Shown here one piece after another: positions 1 to 7,968 of a DNA stretch of 54,425 bases. Position numbers and translations under genes: made by a program. The notes below the pieces were generated by a model that had not been told where the DNA came from, searched no databases, and was given only the letters and a program-made list of their open reading frames with translations. The DNA comes from Acidobacteriota bacterium (GTDB taxonomy: Bacteria; Acidobacteriota; Terriglobia; Bryobacterales; Bryobacteraceae), in assembly GCA_040007195.1 (NCBI GenBank), contig JBDTVQ010000001.1:1-54425 (forward strand), read 5' to 3'. The stretch's first letter is position 1; each line of letters starts with the position of its first letter.

Positions 1-51
1 CCGGTTTTGGCAAGGCTGCGGGGACGGGTGAAAGTCGTTTCTTCGTATCGT

Positions 52-801
52 TCATCCTGCAATTCCCCCTTCATACTTTTGGCAGGGTCGGCCAGAATGA
101 CAGTGCGCATCCCAAGCACGGCGGACGCTTGTTGGACTGATCCCGAGCCGCTGACCGATTTCTGACCATGAGCATCCCGACTGGCGGAGCCGAATCACCT
201 CACTTCGATCAAAGATGCGTCGCGGGCGACCGACCAGTTTGCCCTGCTCACGCGCTCGCTTCTGCCCAGCTTTAACCGCCTCACTGCGTTCCTCGTTCTC
301 CATCTCGGCGTACCACGCCTGTATTGCCCATAGAAGGCGGCCCATTGTGGAGGAGATCGGGCCGGTTTGCGACTTGACGGGGAAAACCTCGACACCAAGA
401 TCTGCGAGTTCGTAGACAGTGGAGATCACCTCCCGCATATCGCGGCCAAGGCGACTGACCTTCCAGACGAGCACGCGCCTGAACTTTCCCGTCGCGGCAT
501 CCCGCCGAAGGCGGGCGAACACTGGCCTTGCCTTAGCGCCACGCTTCCCACTTCAGCCTTGTTCAACATAAATGGAAAGCCCTGCCAAGCTCGCCGCGAC
601 CTCGGGATTTACCCGATATGCGATCCGGCTTCCATCTTGTTCAGGAGAACGATCCTCGACTACTACTACCTGCGCCAACATGCGGCGGATGCCCAACCAG
701 TCTCGATTGGGATCGCTGTGCTCGGCAACGGCCACGAGATCCTCGAACTGGTTCTCAGTAGTCTGTTGGTTGCTGGAGACCCGAAAGTATAATCCATCCA
801 C
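52..801 (-). pseudogene. Serine recombinase (resolvase/invertase family) interrupted by an in-frame TGA
   Basis: ORFs 553..801 and 52..522 share one frame. The N-terminal part has the catalytic-Ser motif YFRVSSNQQTTENQ. The C-terminal part has VLVWKVSRLGRD, AEMENEERSE, GRPRR and a C-terminal HTH (SWSEIGQRLGISPTSVRR). The read-through is ...YVEQG-[TGA 553-555]-SGKRGAKARPVF... Confidence 0.8.
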
Positions 802-977
802 AAAACAGCCTCACTTTCTTAAAGCGAGGCTGCTCCATGAACTGAACGCTAAAAGGACAGGCTCCACCTGACTCCAAACTGTCCGTGAGGGGACTCCGGA
901 CAGCCACTTTTGTGGTTGGAATTGGAACAGAATGGAACAGGTCAGAGGGGGCGGAAACCCGTAAGTGATTGAAAAAG

Positions 978-1025
978 TGGTGGCCAGAGACGGACTTGAA
1001 CCGCCGACGCCGGCCTTTTCAGGGC
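978..1025 (-). other. Orphan 3' fragment of tRNA-Phe(GAA), about 48 nt, no 5' half
   Basis: The minus strand reads GCC-CTGAAAA-GGCCG-GCGTC-GGCGG-TTCAAGT-CCGTC-TCTGGCC-A-CCA. This gives an anticodon loop with GAA, variable loop, T-arm, acceptor 3' strand, discriminator and CCA. The complementary GGCCAGA acceptor strand and a D-arm are absent upstream. Confidence 0.7.
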
Positions 1026-1226
1026 TGTCATCATCCGATGTATACGAGGAAGGAAAAGAACTCTCGCTGACAAGAATCTTGTCAGCATTCCTGTCAGCAC
1101 AAATCCCCACGTTTCGCAAAACTCCTGGTTCCCTTCGACGCTCAGCTGTCGCTCTCATCTCAGCAGACATTACGGCGCAGGAAAGTTGATCACAGAAAAG
1201 CACAGAAGACACTTGACATGGATGGT

Positions 1227-1271
1227 TTCGTAATCAGCAGGTCGCCGGTTCGATTCCGGCGGGTGGCTCCA
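1227..1271 (+). other. Orphan 3' fragment of tRNA-Thr(CGU), about 45 nt, no 5' half
   Basis: The plus strand reads TTCGTAA-TCAGC-AGGTC-GCCGG-TTCGATT-CCGGC-GGGTGGC-T-CCA. This gives an anticodon loop with CGT, 3' anticodon stem, variable loop, perfect T-arm, acceptor 3' strand and CCA. Upstream there is no GCTGA anticodon-stem partner, no GCCACCC and no D-arm. Confidence 0.7.
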
Positions 1272-1989
1272 GTCTTTTCAACTACTTCCCTCCCAAGTTC
1301 AGGACTCCCGCAGCCAAGCCGTAGTCGAAACCGTAGTCTATCCGTGCGTGTTGGCTCTTCCCGACCGGGCCGGTCTGGATCGAACTCCAGGCTTCTGGGC
1401 CTGCGTCACCCGATGTTTCTGGCGGGACTTCACTCAAAAACGTCGCCCAGAGTCGCCGAGGAACGAATTCAATTGGCCCACGATTAGGTTGTTATCCCTT
1501 CTCGGGCCGCTCTTGGATTACCGCGTGTATGCATTGGCGTTTGGCCAATCAGGATCGACCACGACGAGTTTTTGCCAAAGTAACTTTCAGATCGCACGAC
1601 AGCTGCCCGCAACTCATTCCAATCACCTACATTGCGTGCGCGGCGTGCAATTTGCGTGTTCTCGTTGATTTGGCTCTGAGCGAGAACTGCGGTACGCGGT
1701 TGCTGGGTACAGGTAGGCGAGAGGCTGACCGACCCCACATTTACCGCACCCCAACATCTGCTTTGCCGACCACAGCACCCAAAACAGCTTTCCACAACGC
1801 TACGCAGAATTGCTCCTCCAAATAAGCGCCACACGGTGGCAAAACAGAAAAACAGAACGTGCGGTCTTTATGACAGTGATGCCGTTCGAAGGTATCGGCC
1901 AAGCCGCACCACAGCATCGATGGTTTCGCGAAACCGCGCACTCAATACGGGGAGGCGATTCATGTCGTTCCCGCAGGTAGGATCCATGA

Positions 1990-2961
1990 ACGCCAGCACC
2001 GTCCGCCTGTGGAAATCGTTCCGGGCCATCGTCGGACCACGAATACGCAGAATACTTCGCAAGGATCTTTGGCGACAATAGGGAGCGCCAACGACGGCAC
2101 CTGCGAGACATCCTCTCGGAGGATAAAATCGCGCTCTCGGTTGGAAATCGCGCGCTGGCAGCGTTCGTGGCCATGGGATTGTGCCGCGCAATATTCACAA
2201 CCAACTTCGATAGTGTCATCGAAAAGGCAGTCGCTGAGGTCGGCAGGGGTTCGCTCGCTGCGTATCACCTCGAAGGGGCCACCAATGCGAACGAAGCACT
2301 CAATAACGAAGAATTCCCCATCTACTGCAAACTGCACGGTGACTTACGCTATGACAATCTCAAAAATCTGCCGGAAGACTTGGCGTTGGGTGATGCTGCG
2401 CTAACCCGATGTTTTATTAACGCAGGCAATCGGTTTGGCTTTGTCGTCACCGGCTACGGCGGACGAGACCAAAGTGTAATGAACCAATTCCGAGAAGCCC
2501 TCTGCGGGAACAACCCTTTCCCTCACGGACTGTATTGGACTGGCATCCAAGGGGTGCCGATTAACGCGGCAGTAGAACGGCTGCTCAACGAGGCAACAGA
2601 CCACGGCGTACAGGCATACTACGTACCAATAGAGACCTTTGACGCGTTCCTCCTCCGCCTCTGGCGCAACACTCAAAACAAGCCGTCTGATCTCGATTCC
2701 AGAGTGCGGAGGACGGTGAGTACGACCGTAAACATTCAAATGCCATCGCAAGGTCGCGGTAAACCCCTGGTTCGGCTCAATGCTCTCCCTGTCGTAGATC
2801 CTCCAACCCAAACTGGTCCACAAAATCGAGGCAGGTCAATTAATCGACAGAATCATGACCCTAGATCCGGCAGTTTGAAACCGTCGGTGGGTCCCCAAGT
2901 GGCCGATAATGAGCGGGATGAGCGCGGCCAAGGATCGAGAAGCAGTTCACCCTTTGGGTGA
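1990..2961 (+). pseudogene. SIR2-like (SIR2_2 type) domain protein, degraded: N-terminus out of frame, C-terminus replaced by IS sequence
   Basis: Motifs seen are IFTTNFDSVIEKA, IYCKLHGDLRYDN and VVTGYGGRDQSVM. The frame is open only back to a TGA at 1987-1989, so the Rossmann GAGxS region is missing in frame. A weak GAG-like stretch (FPQVGSMNASTVRLWKSF) lies in another frame at about 1960-2030. The tail after about 2830 runs into transposase-fragment DNA. Confidence 0.65.
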
Positions 2962-3459
2962 GCAGGCAAAGGAGCCAGTGGAGTAGCCGGCGCCGCACCG
3001 GGTGGAGACGCTGGGCGGCCCGATGCAGGTGAGCTGGGAAGAGGACCCGGACATCAGTCCGCACGGGAGGCTGACTGACTTCGTGGAGTTTCTCCATCTC
3101 AGTGGGATCTGGGAGGAGTTCGTCGAGCAATGCCCGCTGCACTAGACCAGTCCCAACGCGCCGTCCAAGGCGGGGATTCTGGGCACCATCCTGTGCAGCG
3201 TGTTGTACGGCCACCGGCGCTACGCGCACATCACCGGGATGCGCGGCGACAGCGTCTTGCCGAAGTTGTTGGGGATTGCCTGCCTGCGTAGCGAGGACAG
3301 TGTCCGTCGCGCCTTCGCCCACCAGGACGAAGAGGCGCTGACGTTGTGGATGGACCGGCAAACCAACAAGACCTTCGCGGCGTTGCTGGAACAGGAGTGG
3401 GTGTTGGACGTGGACGCCGCGGTGAAGACGCTGCGTTTGGGGACATCGGCCATCAGCAA
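2960..3459 (+). mobile_element. DDE transposase N-terminal fragment (IS1380/IS4-superfamily-like), with in-frame TAG and a frameshift
   Basis: The translation reads ...VETLGGPMQVSWEEDPDISPHGRLTDFVEFLHLSGIWEEFVEQCPLH-[TAG 3143-3145]-TSPNAPSKAGILGTILCSVLYGHRRYAHITGMRGDSVLPKLLGIACLRSEDSVRRAF...VLDVDAAVKTL. It then shifts frame (FGDIGHQQ) and breaks off. The family call is from memory of this N-terminal pattern. Confidence 0.55.
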
Positions 3460-3473
3460 AACCGGCAAAAGGA

Positions 3474-3824
3474 GTGACCCCCGACTCTGGCGCCGCCCCT
3501 CCGGCAATTTCAAAACCGACCGACGAGGTGACCACCGACTCCGGTCCGCCTCCCGAGCTCGGCCGCAGCCCAACCGCCAGCGCGTGCGAGCCGCACCGCG
3601 CCTTCTTTGAGATCTCGCTCAGCAAGGGTCGTAACGCCAAGGCCATCCACCAGGACTTGGTTGACGATCACGGTTTCCGCGGTGCCTACCAGAGCGTCAC
3701 AGGCCTCGTCCACAGGCTGCGCGGCCATATGGTGACCGAGGCGTGCGCTGTCATTGTCACGCCTCCTGGCGAAGAGGCCCAGATCGATTACGGCAGCGGG
3801 ACGAGCTGCGCATTGGTTTCCTAA
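3474..3824 (+). mobile_element. IS21-family IstA transposase fragment (N-terminal region only)
   Basis: The stretch ASACEPHRAFFEISLSKGRNAKAIHQDLVDDHGFRGAYQSVTGLVHRLRG...PPGEEAQIDYGSG matches the region just before the IstA DDE core. The ORF then diverges and stops (TSCALVS*), with no catalytic domain and no istB. Confidence 0.6.
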
Positions 3825-3993
3825 ATCGAGTAGAGCGACGGGCCCGGTTCAGCCGCTCATAAAACAATCCAGCCGACCATGCCGCCAATACTACTCAGCC
3901 CAACGACTCCAATCTACAATGCGGATAGTTCCTTCCACCGGTTCATGATGTTCCGGCGGTCATATTTTCAGATGTCCCTTATTCAGCTTCGTG

Positions 3994-4344
3994 TCACCCT
4001 CCTCCTTCGGACTCGCCTGAGATCGTTCGAGTGCGTCTGCGACGGCGATTGAGATAGTCAGAAAGCAGAAGGGGGGCTTCTCCTAATTCTTCCAAGTGAC
4101 GCTCCCCAGCCTTTTGATACTGATCCAGAATTCGATTCGTCACGCGATGTGTCAGCTGACAGGATGCAATGTCGACCAAGAGCGAAATCTCCCACCTGTG
4201 GAATGACGTTCTGTGAAGGTCATTCCTGATAACTGAGCCAATCAGGCGGCGAAACTGGGTCGTGGTCGCCGCACTATTCTCCGCGGGAAATCTTTGCACA
4301 ACATTACGATGAATGAATTCTCTGTAGAAATGGTGATATTTCAA
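3994..4344 (-). CDS. Hypothetical protein (116 aa)
   Basis: An ORF in a lower-GC stretch, co-directional with and 103 nt downstream of the membrane-protein gene. No motif was recognised. Confidence 0.4.
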   Translation of the reverse strand: MKYHHFYREFIHRNVVQRFPAENSAATTTQFRRLIGSVIRNDLHRTSFHRWEISLLVDIASCQLTHRVTNRILDQYQKAGERHLEELGEAPLLLSDYLNRRRRRTRTISGESEGGG

Positions 4345-4447
4345 AATTTATTACAAAAATGGAACAAGAAATCCGTTTACGCTCCACTTTGTCGTGGCAA
4401 CAATGAAGAACCTTATCCGTCGTGGGGGCGGTCGCACCCGAAATGCC

Positions 4448-5839
4448 CTATTTCCGCTGATCGGCCAGCGCCCCAGGCAGACGGTAGACGGTGACACAGT
4501 CATCTGCGTACTGGACTATTAAGTCGTTGTGAATCTTCTGATAAGCTGCCAACAACTGGGCAACTCGGAAGTGCAGCGAGGCTCTTTGGACCGATGCCCT
4601 GGCAAGCCAGGAGGTTGAATCTGCGCGCACGACAGCAGAACTACTAAATCCCACAGTACTGGCTGGCAGCGGCCGCCTTTCAATCACAATAAAAATATCG
4701 CGGACCGGGTATAGAAATCTAAAGGATTTATCGGCTACCTTATTTAGTGCGAATTCACTAGAAAATGCCGCTAGCGGCTTATGCCAGCCTTGCCCGTAAA
4801 GAAACGGGATCTCTTCGGGCGAGGATACGAGCAGCCACGTGTTGCGGTCCAGGCTCCGGGCGATTCGATCGCATGCCCTGGCAGCGGCTTCGTATTGATG
4901 CGGTCCATCAGGGAGGTTCAATGGGACGCACCAAGCCAGAATTGGTACGCTTGCCGCAACGCCCAGCGCCCGGAGATTTGGACGCCAGTCGCGCCGTATG
5001 AGTCTCATCGAACGCTCGGCACCGGCGCCGATGACTGCGCATGAAATGCCACCGATCACGGTCATTGAGAACGGAAACTCCGCGCAGATGCTAATTCCGA
5101 GGACGCCGGCGAGCAAGGCCGTGACGTGTGAACGTCTCGCCAGCCCTATGCCAAGCACAGCGAATGTCGCCGAAAATTCAGCTGCGCCAAGTTCACTCCC
5201 GGTTCCTCCACCTCGCCAAATAGGCGCCACCATACACAGCGCCGAGGCCAGCAGTGCTGCGTGCCGGCTGCGAGTGTACTCGAACGCTACAAATGCGACT
5301 GCCAAAATGAAAAGAACGGACACGAGTGGACCCGAATACCGCACGACAGCCGTGGCTGGAAGGGCGCTCAATAGGTGGATTGGAAGTAGGAGCGGTATCG
5401 ATGTGTCGACCTGCCAGGGCTGGCCTGACGATAGGACGGCAAGAGAGAGAGACCGTGCGTAGTTCTCGCTGTCCAGAAAACGCAAGTTTCCCGCGGCAAA
5501 GAGGGCGTGCGTTAGGAAGTATGCCGCAAAGAGAGCCACCCACGGCCCGCTGGCTTCGCACATTCGTCGAAGGTGCCGAAGCTGTGACTGGCTGTACGCG
5601 ATTGCTGCAGTACGGCCCGACGGCAGGAGCACCCGCATGGCGATATCAACCCAAGTTTCGGAATGAAGCAACCATCTCCGGTGGCGAATTAATTCGATTG
5701 CCAGCCAGGCACCCAGTAGCGCTAGTACGAGCCCCGGCAATGCAAGTCCAAATCGACCGAGGATGAGGATGGTGAACTGCAGCACAACCCCCAGGGACCA
5801 CGGCGCGACACGACGATCGATGAACTGCACGATGGGCAC
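4448..5839 (-). CDS. Hypothetical polytopic membrane protein (463 aa) with a soluble C-terminal domain
   Basis: The first ~300 aa contain many hydrophobic segments (e.g. VVLQFTILILGRFGLALPGLVLALLGAWLAI, PLVSVLFILAVAFVAFEY, LLAGVLGISICAEFPFSMTVIGGISCAVIGAG). The tail of ~150 aa is hydrophilic. No family motif was recognised. Confidence 0.6.
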   Translation of the reverse strand: MPIVQFIDRRVAPWSLGVVLQFTILILGRFGLALPGLVLALLGAWLAIELIRHRRWLLHSETWVDIAMRVLLPSGRTAAIAYSQSQLRHLRRMCEASGPWVALFAAYFLTHALFAAGNLRFLDSENYARSLSLAVLSSGQPWQVDTSIPLLLPIHLLSALPATAVVRYSGPLVSVLFILAVAFVAFEYTRSRHAALLASALCMVAPIWRGGGTGSELGAAEFSATFAVLGIGLARRSHVTALLAGVLGISICAEFPFSMTVIGGISCAVIGAGAERSMRLIRRDWRPNLRALGVAASVPILAWCVPLNLPDGPHQYEAAARACDRIARSLDRNTWLLVSSPEEIPFLYGQGWHKPLAAFSSEFALNKVADKSFRFLYPVRDIFIVIERRPLPASTVGFSSSAVVRADSTSWLARASVQRASLHFRVAQLLAAYQKIHNDLIVQYADDCVTVYRLPGALADQRK

Positions 5840-5897
5840 AGCTCTCCCCTCCTTCGCCGTTCTTGCCGCGAGGGAACCTTACTTCGTCGTTACTTCG

Positions 5898-6155
5898 TTA
5901 CTTCGTTGCTTTGCGGTATGCGGCCCAGCGTTTCTTCTGCGCCGCAGCGATGCGTTCCCTTGCTTCGGGGCTCATGGTGCGCCGCTTCTTGGGCTTCTTG
6001 GGCGCGGCAACAGCACCTGATGCACTCTCGCTTGCCTTCGGGCGTCCAGCTTTGCGCTTGCCCATCATGGCCTGCACTTGTGCAATCTGACCGGCAACTC
6101 TGTCGAGTTGCAACGTAAGCCCTTCCAGAGCAGCTTCCAACAACAATTTATCCAT
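5898..6155 (-). CDS. Small basic protein (85 aa), N-terminal coiled-coil-like, C-terminal RRTMSPEARERIAAAQKKRWAAYRK motif
   Basis: A compact ORF, co-directional with and 58 nt upstream of the membrane-protein gene. Confidence 0.5.
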   Translation of the reverse strand: MDKLLLEAALEGLTLQLDRVAGQIAQVQAMMGKRKAGRPKASESASGAVAAPKKPKKRRTMSPEARERIAAAQKKRWAAYRKATK

Positions 6156-6360
6156 CGCTACTTAGTCTATCGCTCATTAGGGTCTTCGCGTCATGGACGG
6201 CATTGGCGTCATCTTTGACAACCAGACCATAACGTCTGAAACTAACGGGAAGCGGAACGGCGACAAGTAGTGGTTCACACCCTACCGAACACCATCGCCA
6301 ATGACACCATGAGATTCGCATGGGGCACGTACCGCTGGCAGTGAAGAAGGAGGCGCTCTC

Positions 6361-6846
6361 ATGGCGTTCAATGCGTACGTGAAATTTAACGGGGGACTGG
6401 CCAATGTCCCTGGGAATATCAAGACGGGACCACACTTCGGATCGATTGAGGTCGACTCGTACTCCTTCGGAGCTACGCAGACGGGCGCATTTCAGTAAGG
6501 AGGAGGAGGATCAACTGGGAAAGTACGATTCCAAGACTTCCATTTTAATTATCCCACCGGTGATCCAGACGCAGCGCTCTTTGCTGCCTGCTCCAGCGGC
6601 ACACACTTCAAAGAAGTCACGCTGGAGGTCGTGAAGCCCGGCCCGCCAGAACAGGTCATAATCAAGTGTGTGTTTACCGACGTCCTCGTCAGTTCCTTCA
6701 ACGTGTCAGGACAAGGCTCCGGCGACCCGAATCCCACGACGTCCATCTCCATCAACTTCGCATCCATGGCGTCATCCTATAGCCAAAAGACAGACAAGTC
6801 AGCGGTGCTCCTGCAGCACGATCTGGACTCCGCACGAAGAGGATAA
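6361..6846 (+). pseudogene. hcp: Type VI secretion tube protein Hcp, with in-frame TAA at codon 46
   Basis: A strong SD (GAAGGAGG) lies 7 nt before the ATG at 6361. The translation is MAFNAYVKFNG...SIEVDSYSFGATQTGAFQ-[TAA 6496-6498]-GGGGSTGKVRFQDFHFNY...LFAACSSGTHFKEVTLEVVK...VFTDVLVSSFNVSGQGSG...ISINFASMASSYSQKT. It aligns along its length with Hcp1 of P. aeruginosa as I recall it (GGGGGAGKVNVQDLSFTKY...MMACSSGKH...VLVSS...). Confidence 0.85.
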
Positions 6847-7037
6847 CGGCTGCGTCATAGTCCCTCCCCGATTTTCTTGTAAGGCTGATCGAACCGCTGC
6901 CCGCTCGCGGCAATGATCCTCGTCGAACGCTTCCTTGCGCGATTGCGTGCGGCGGGCAATTGCGCCTTCGCGTTGGTCTCTGCGGCCGCACGTTGTTGCA
7001 ATCGCCCCACCTTGCCGTTGCGTTGCTCGTGCCTAAT

Positions 7038-7631
7038 TCATGTGCTGGGCCGACGCGTTTTGCGCGCCGCACTTAGAATGGCGACCAGCCCGGCGCCGAT
7101 AAGGATAAAAGTGGATGGCTCGGGGACGAGGCTGAAGATTGCCGAGGCGCGTATTAACCCGCCCGTCGAATCGATGGCCCAGTACCGGTTCGCCATTTGA
7201 GGGGTGTGTGTCCAAGTGCCCGTGAATTCAGTCCACATCTCTGGGTCGTTGCCGTAGAGAGATCCGACGTACAAGGGATGCGTGAATTCGGGGGGACAGT
7301 CCTGTAACCCCGGATCCGCAAGGATGACATTGTTGTCGTCGATGTCGATTGCGAACGACGCAGCAGCCTGGCATGGAAGGGAACCAAGAATTTGACCATT
7401 CAGCACGGGCACGAATGTCCCCAGGGTGTACGTATAGTAGGGCGTCGGCGCTTCATTGGTGTCCCAGACGCACACCGAATAGTCGGCGGGCCCGCACCCA
7501 CCGACGATGATTCCCTGTGCATTGATCGCCACAGGAAAGGCGGTATTCGTCTCGTCACCCCAAATCAGGTAGATCTTGCTGGCCTGCGCGACGGCAGCCA
7601 TCAATATTGCGGCTAGACAAAGCCGGATCAT
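7038..7631 (-). CDS. PEP-CTERM sorting-domain secreted protein
   Basis: There is an N-terminal signal peptide (MIRLCLAAILMAAVAQA). The C-terminus VPEPSTFILIGAGLVAILSAARKTRR is PEP motif + TM helix + basic tail. Confidence 0.85.
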   Translation of the reverse strand: MIRLCLAAILMAAVAQASKIYLIWGDETNTAFPVAINAQGIIVGGCGPADYSVCVWDTNEAPTPYYTYTLGTFVPVLNGQILGSLPCQAAASFAIDIDDNNVILADPGLQDCPPEFTHPLYVGSLYGNDPEMWTEFTGTWTHTPQMANRYWAIDSTGGLIRASAIFSLVPEPSTFILIGAGLVAILSAARKTRRPST

Positions 7632-7968
7632 ATGAACCTCCTCATTTACATAATCGGCCGGATCGTGCCGGAGCGATAGCGGTCTCCTGTGTCACAGGGA
7701 AGGTGACGCGCCGGAGCGGAACTATTTGAGTGAGGCAGCCACGAGAAACAAGAAAGTTTCTATCATTCCGGAAGTGAGAGTAAGACAGCCGGCTCCGCGA
7801 CGGGGACCGGCTTTTGTTTTGTCAGTTGAGCCAAGACTTCAAAGGGAGCCCCGCGGCTGTGAGCGGGCCCAGATTTGCCTTCAAACGGTTGAGGCTATTT
7901 GGCGACGAAGGACTTGGCGGAGTACTGGTTCACGGGACTCAAGTTGGTGCTATCTTCGATCCAGAAGG

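Noticed and set aside
553-555. The TGA in the recombinase as a selenocysteine or programmed recoding site
   Set aside because: The position is not a redox-active site in serine recombinases, and I see no obvious stem-loop immediately downstream. The same region has TAG and TAA nonsense codons in other genes, so decay is the simpler explanation.
811-1330. A tmRNA (ssrA) or complete tRNA genes explaining the tRNA-like 3' ends, and the 133-aa ORF 811-1212
   Set aside because: No complementary 5' acceptor strand (GGCCAGA or GCCACCC), D-arm or tag-reading-frame context was found within tRNA or tmRNA distance. The 133-aa ORF simply spans the Phe tRNA fragment and adjacent non-coding DNA, and has no motifs.
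2861-3646. A 261-aa minus-strand ORF across the IS fragments
   Set aside because: It is antisense to recognisable transposase-derived sequence, and its translation is low-complexity with no motifs.
4448-5839. The polytopic membrane protein as the exosortase partner of the nearby PEP-CTERM protein
   Set aside because: I could not find the exosortase hallmark motifs in the translation. The two genes are separated by the hcp pseudogene and are not in an operon.
7726-7968. The 81-codon N-terminal extension of the LacI ORF given in the ORF track
   Set aside because: The extension is Arg-rich and unlike LacI proteins, which begin at the HTH. A GTG at 7969 gives a normal-length (~360 aa) regulator.
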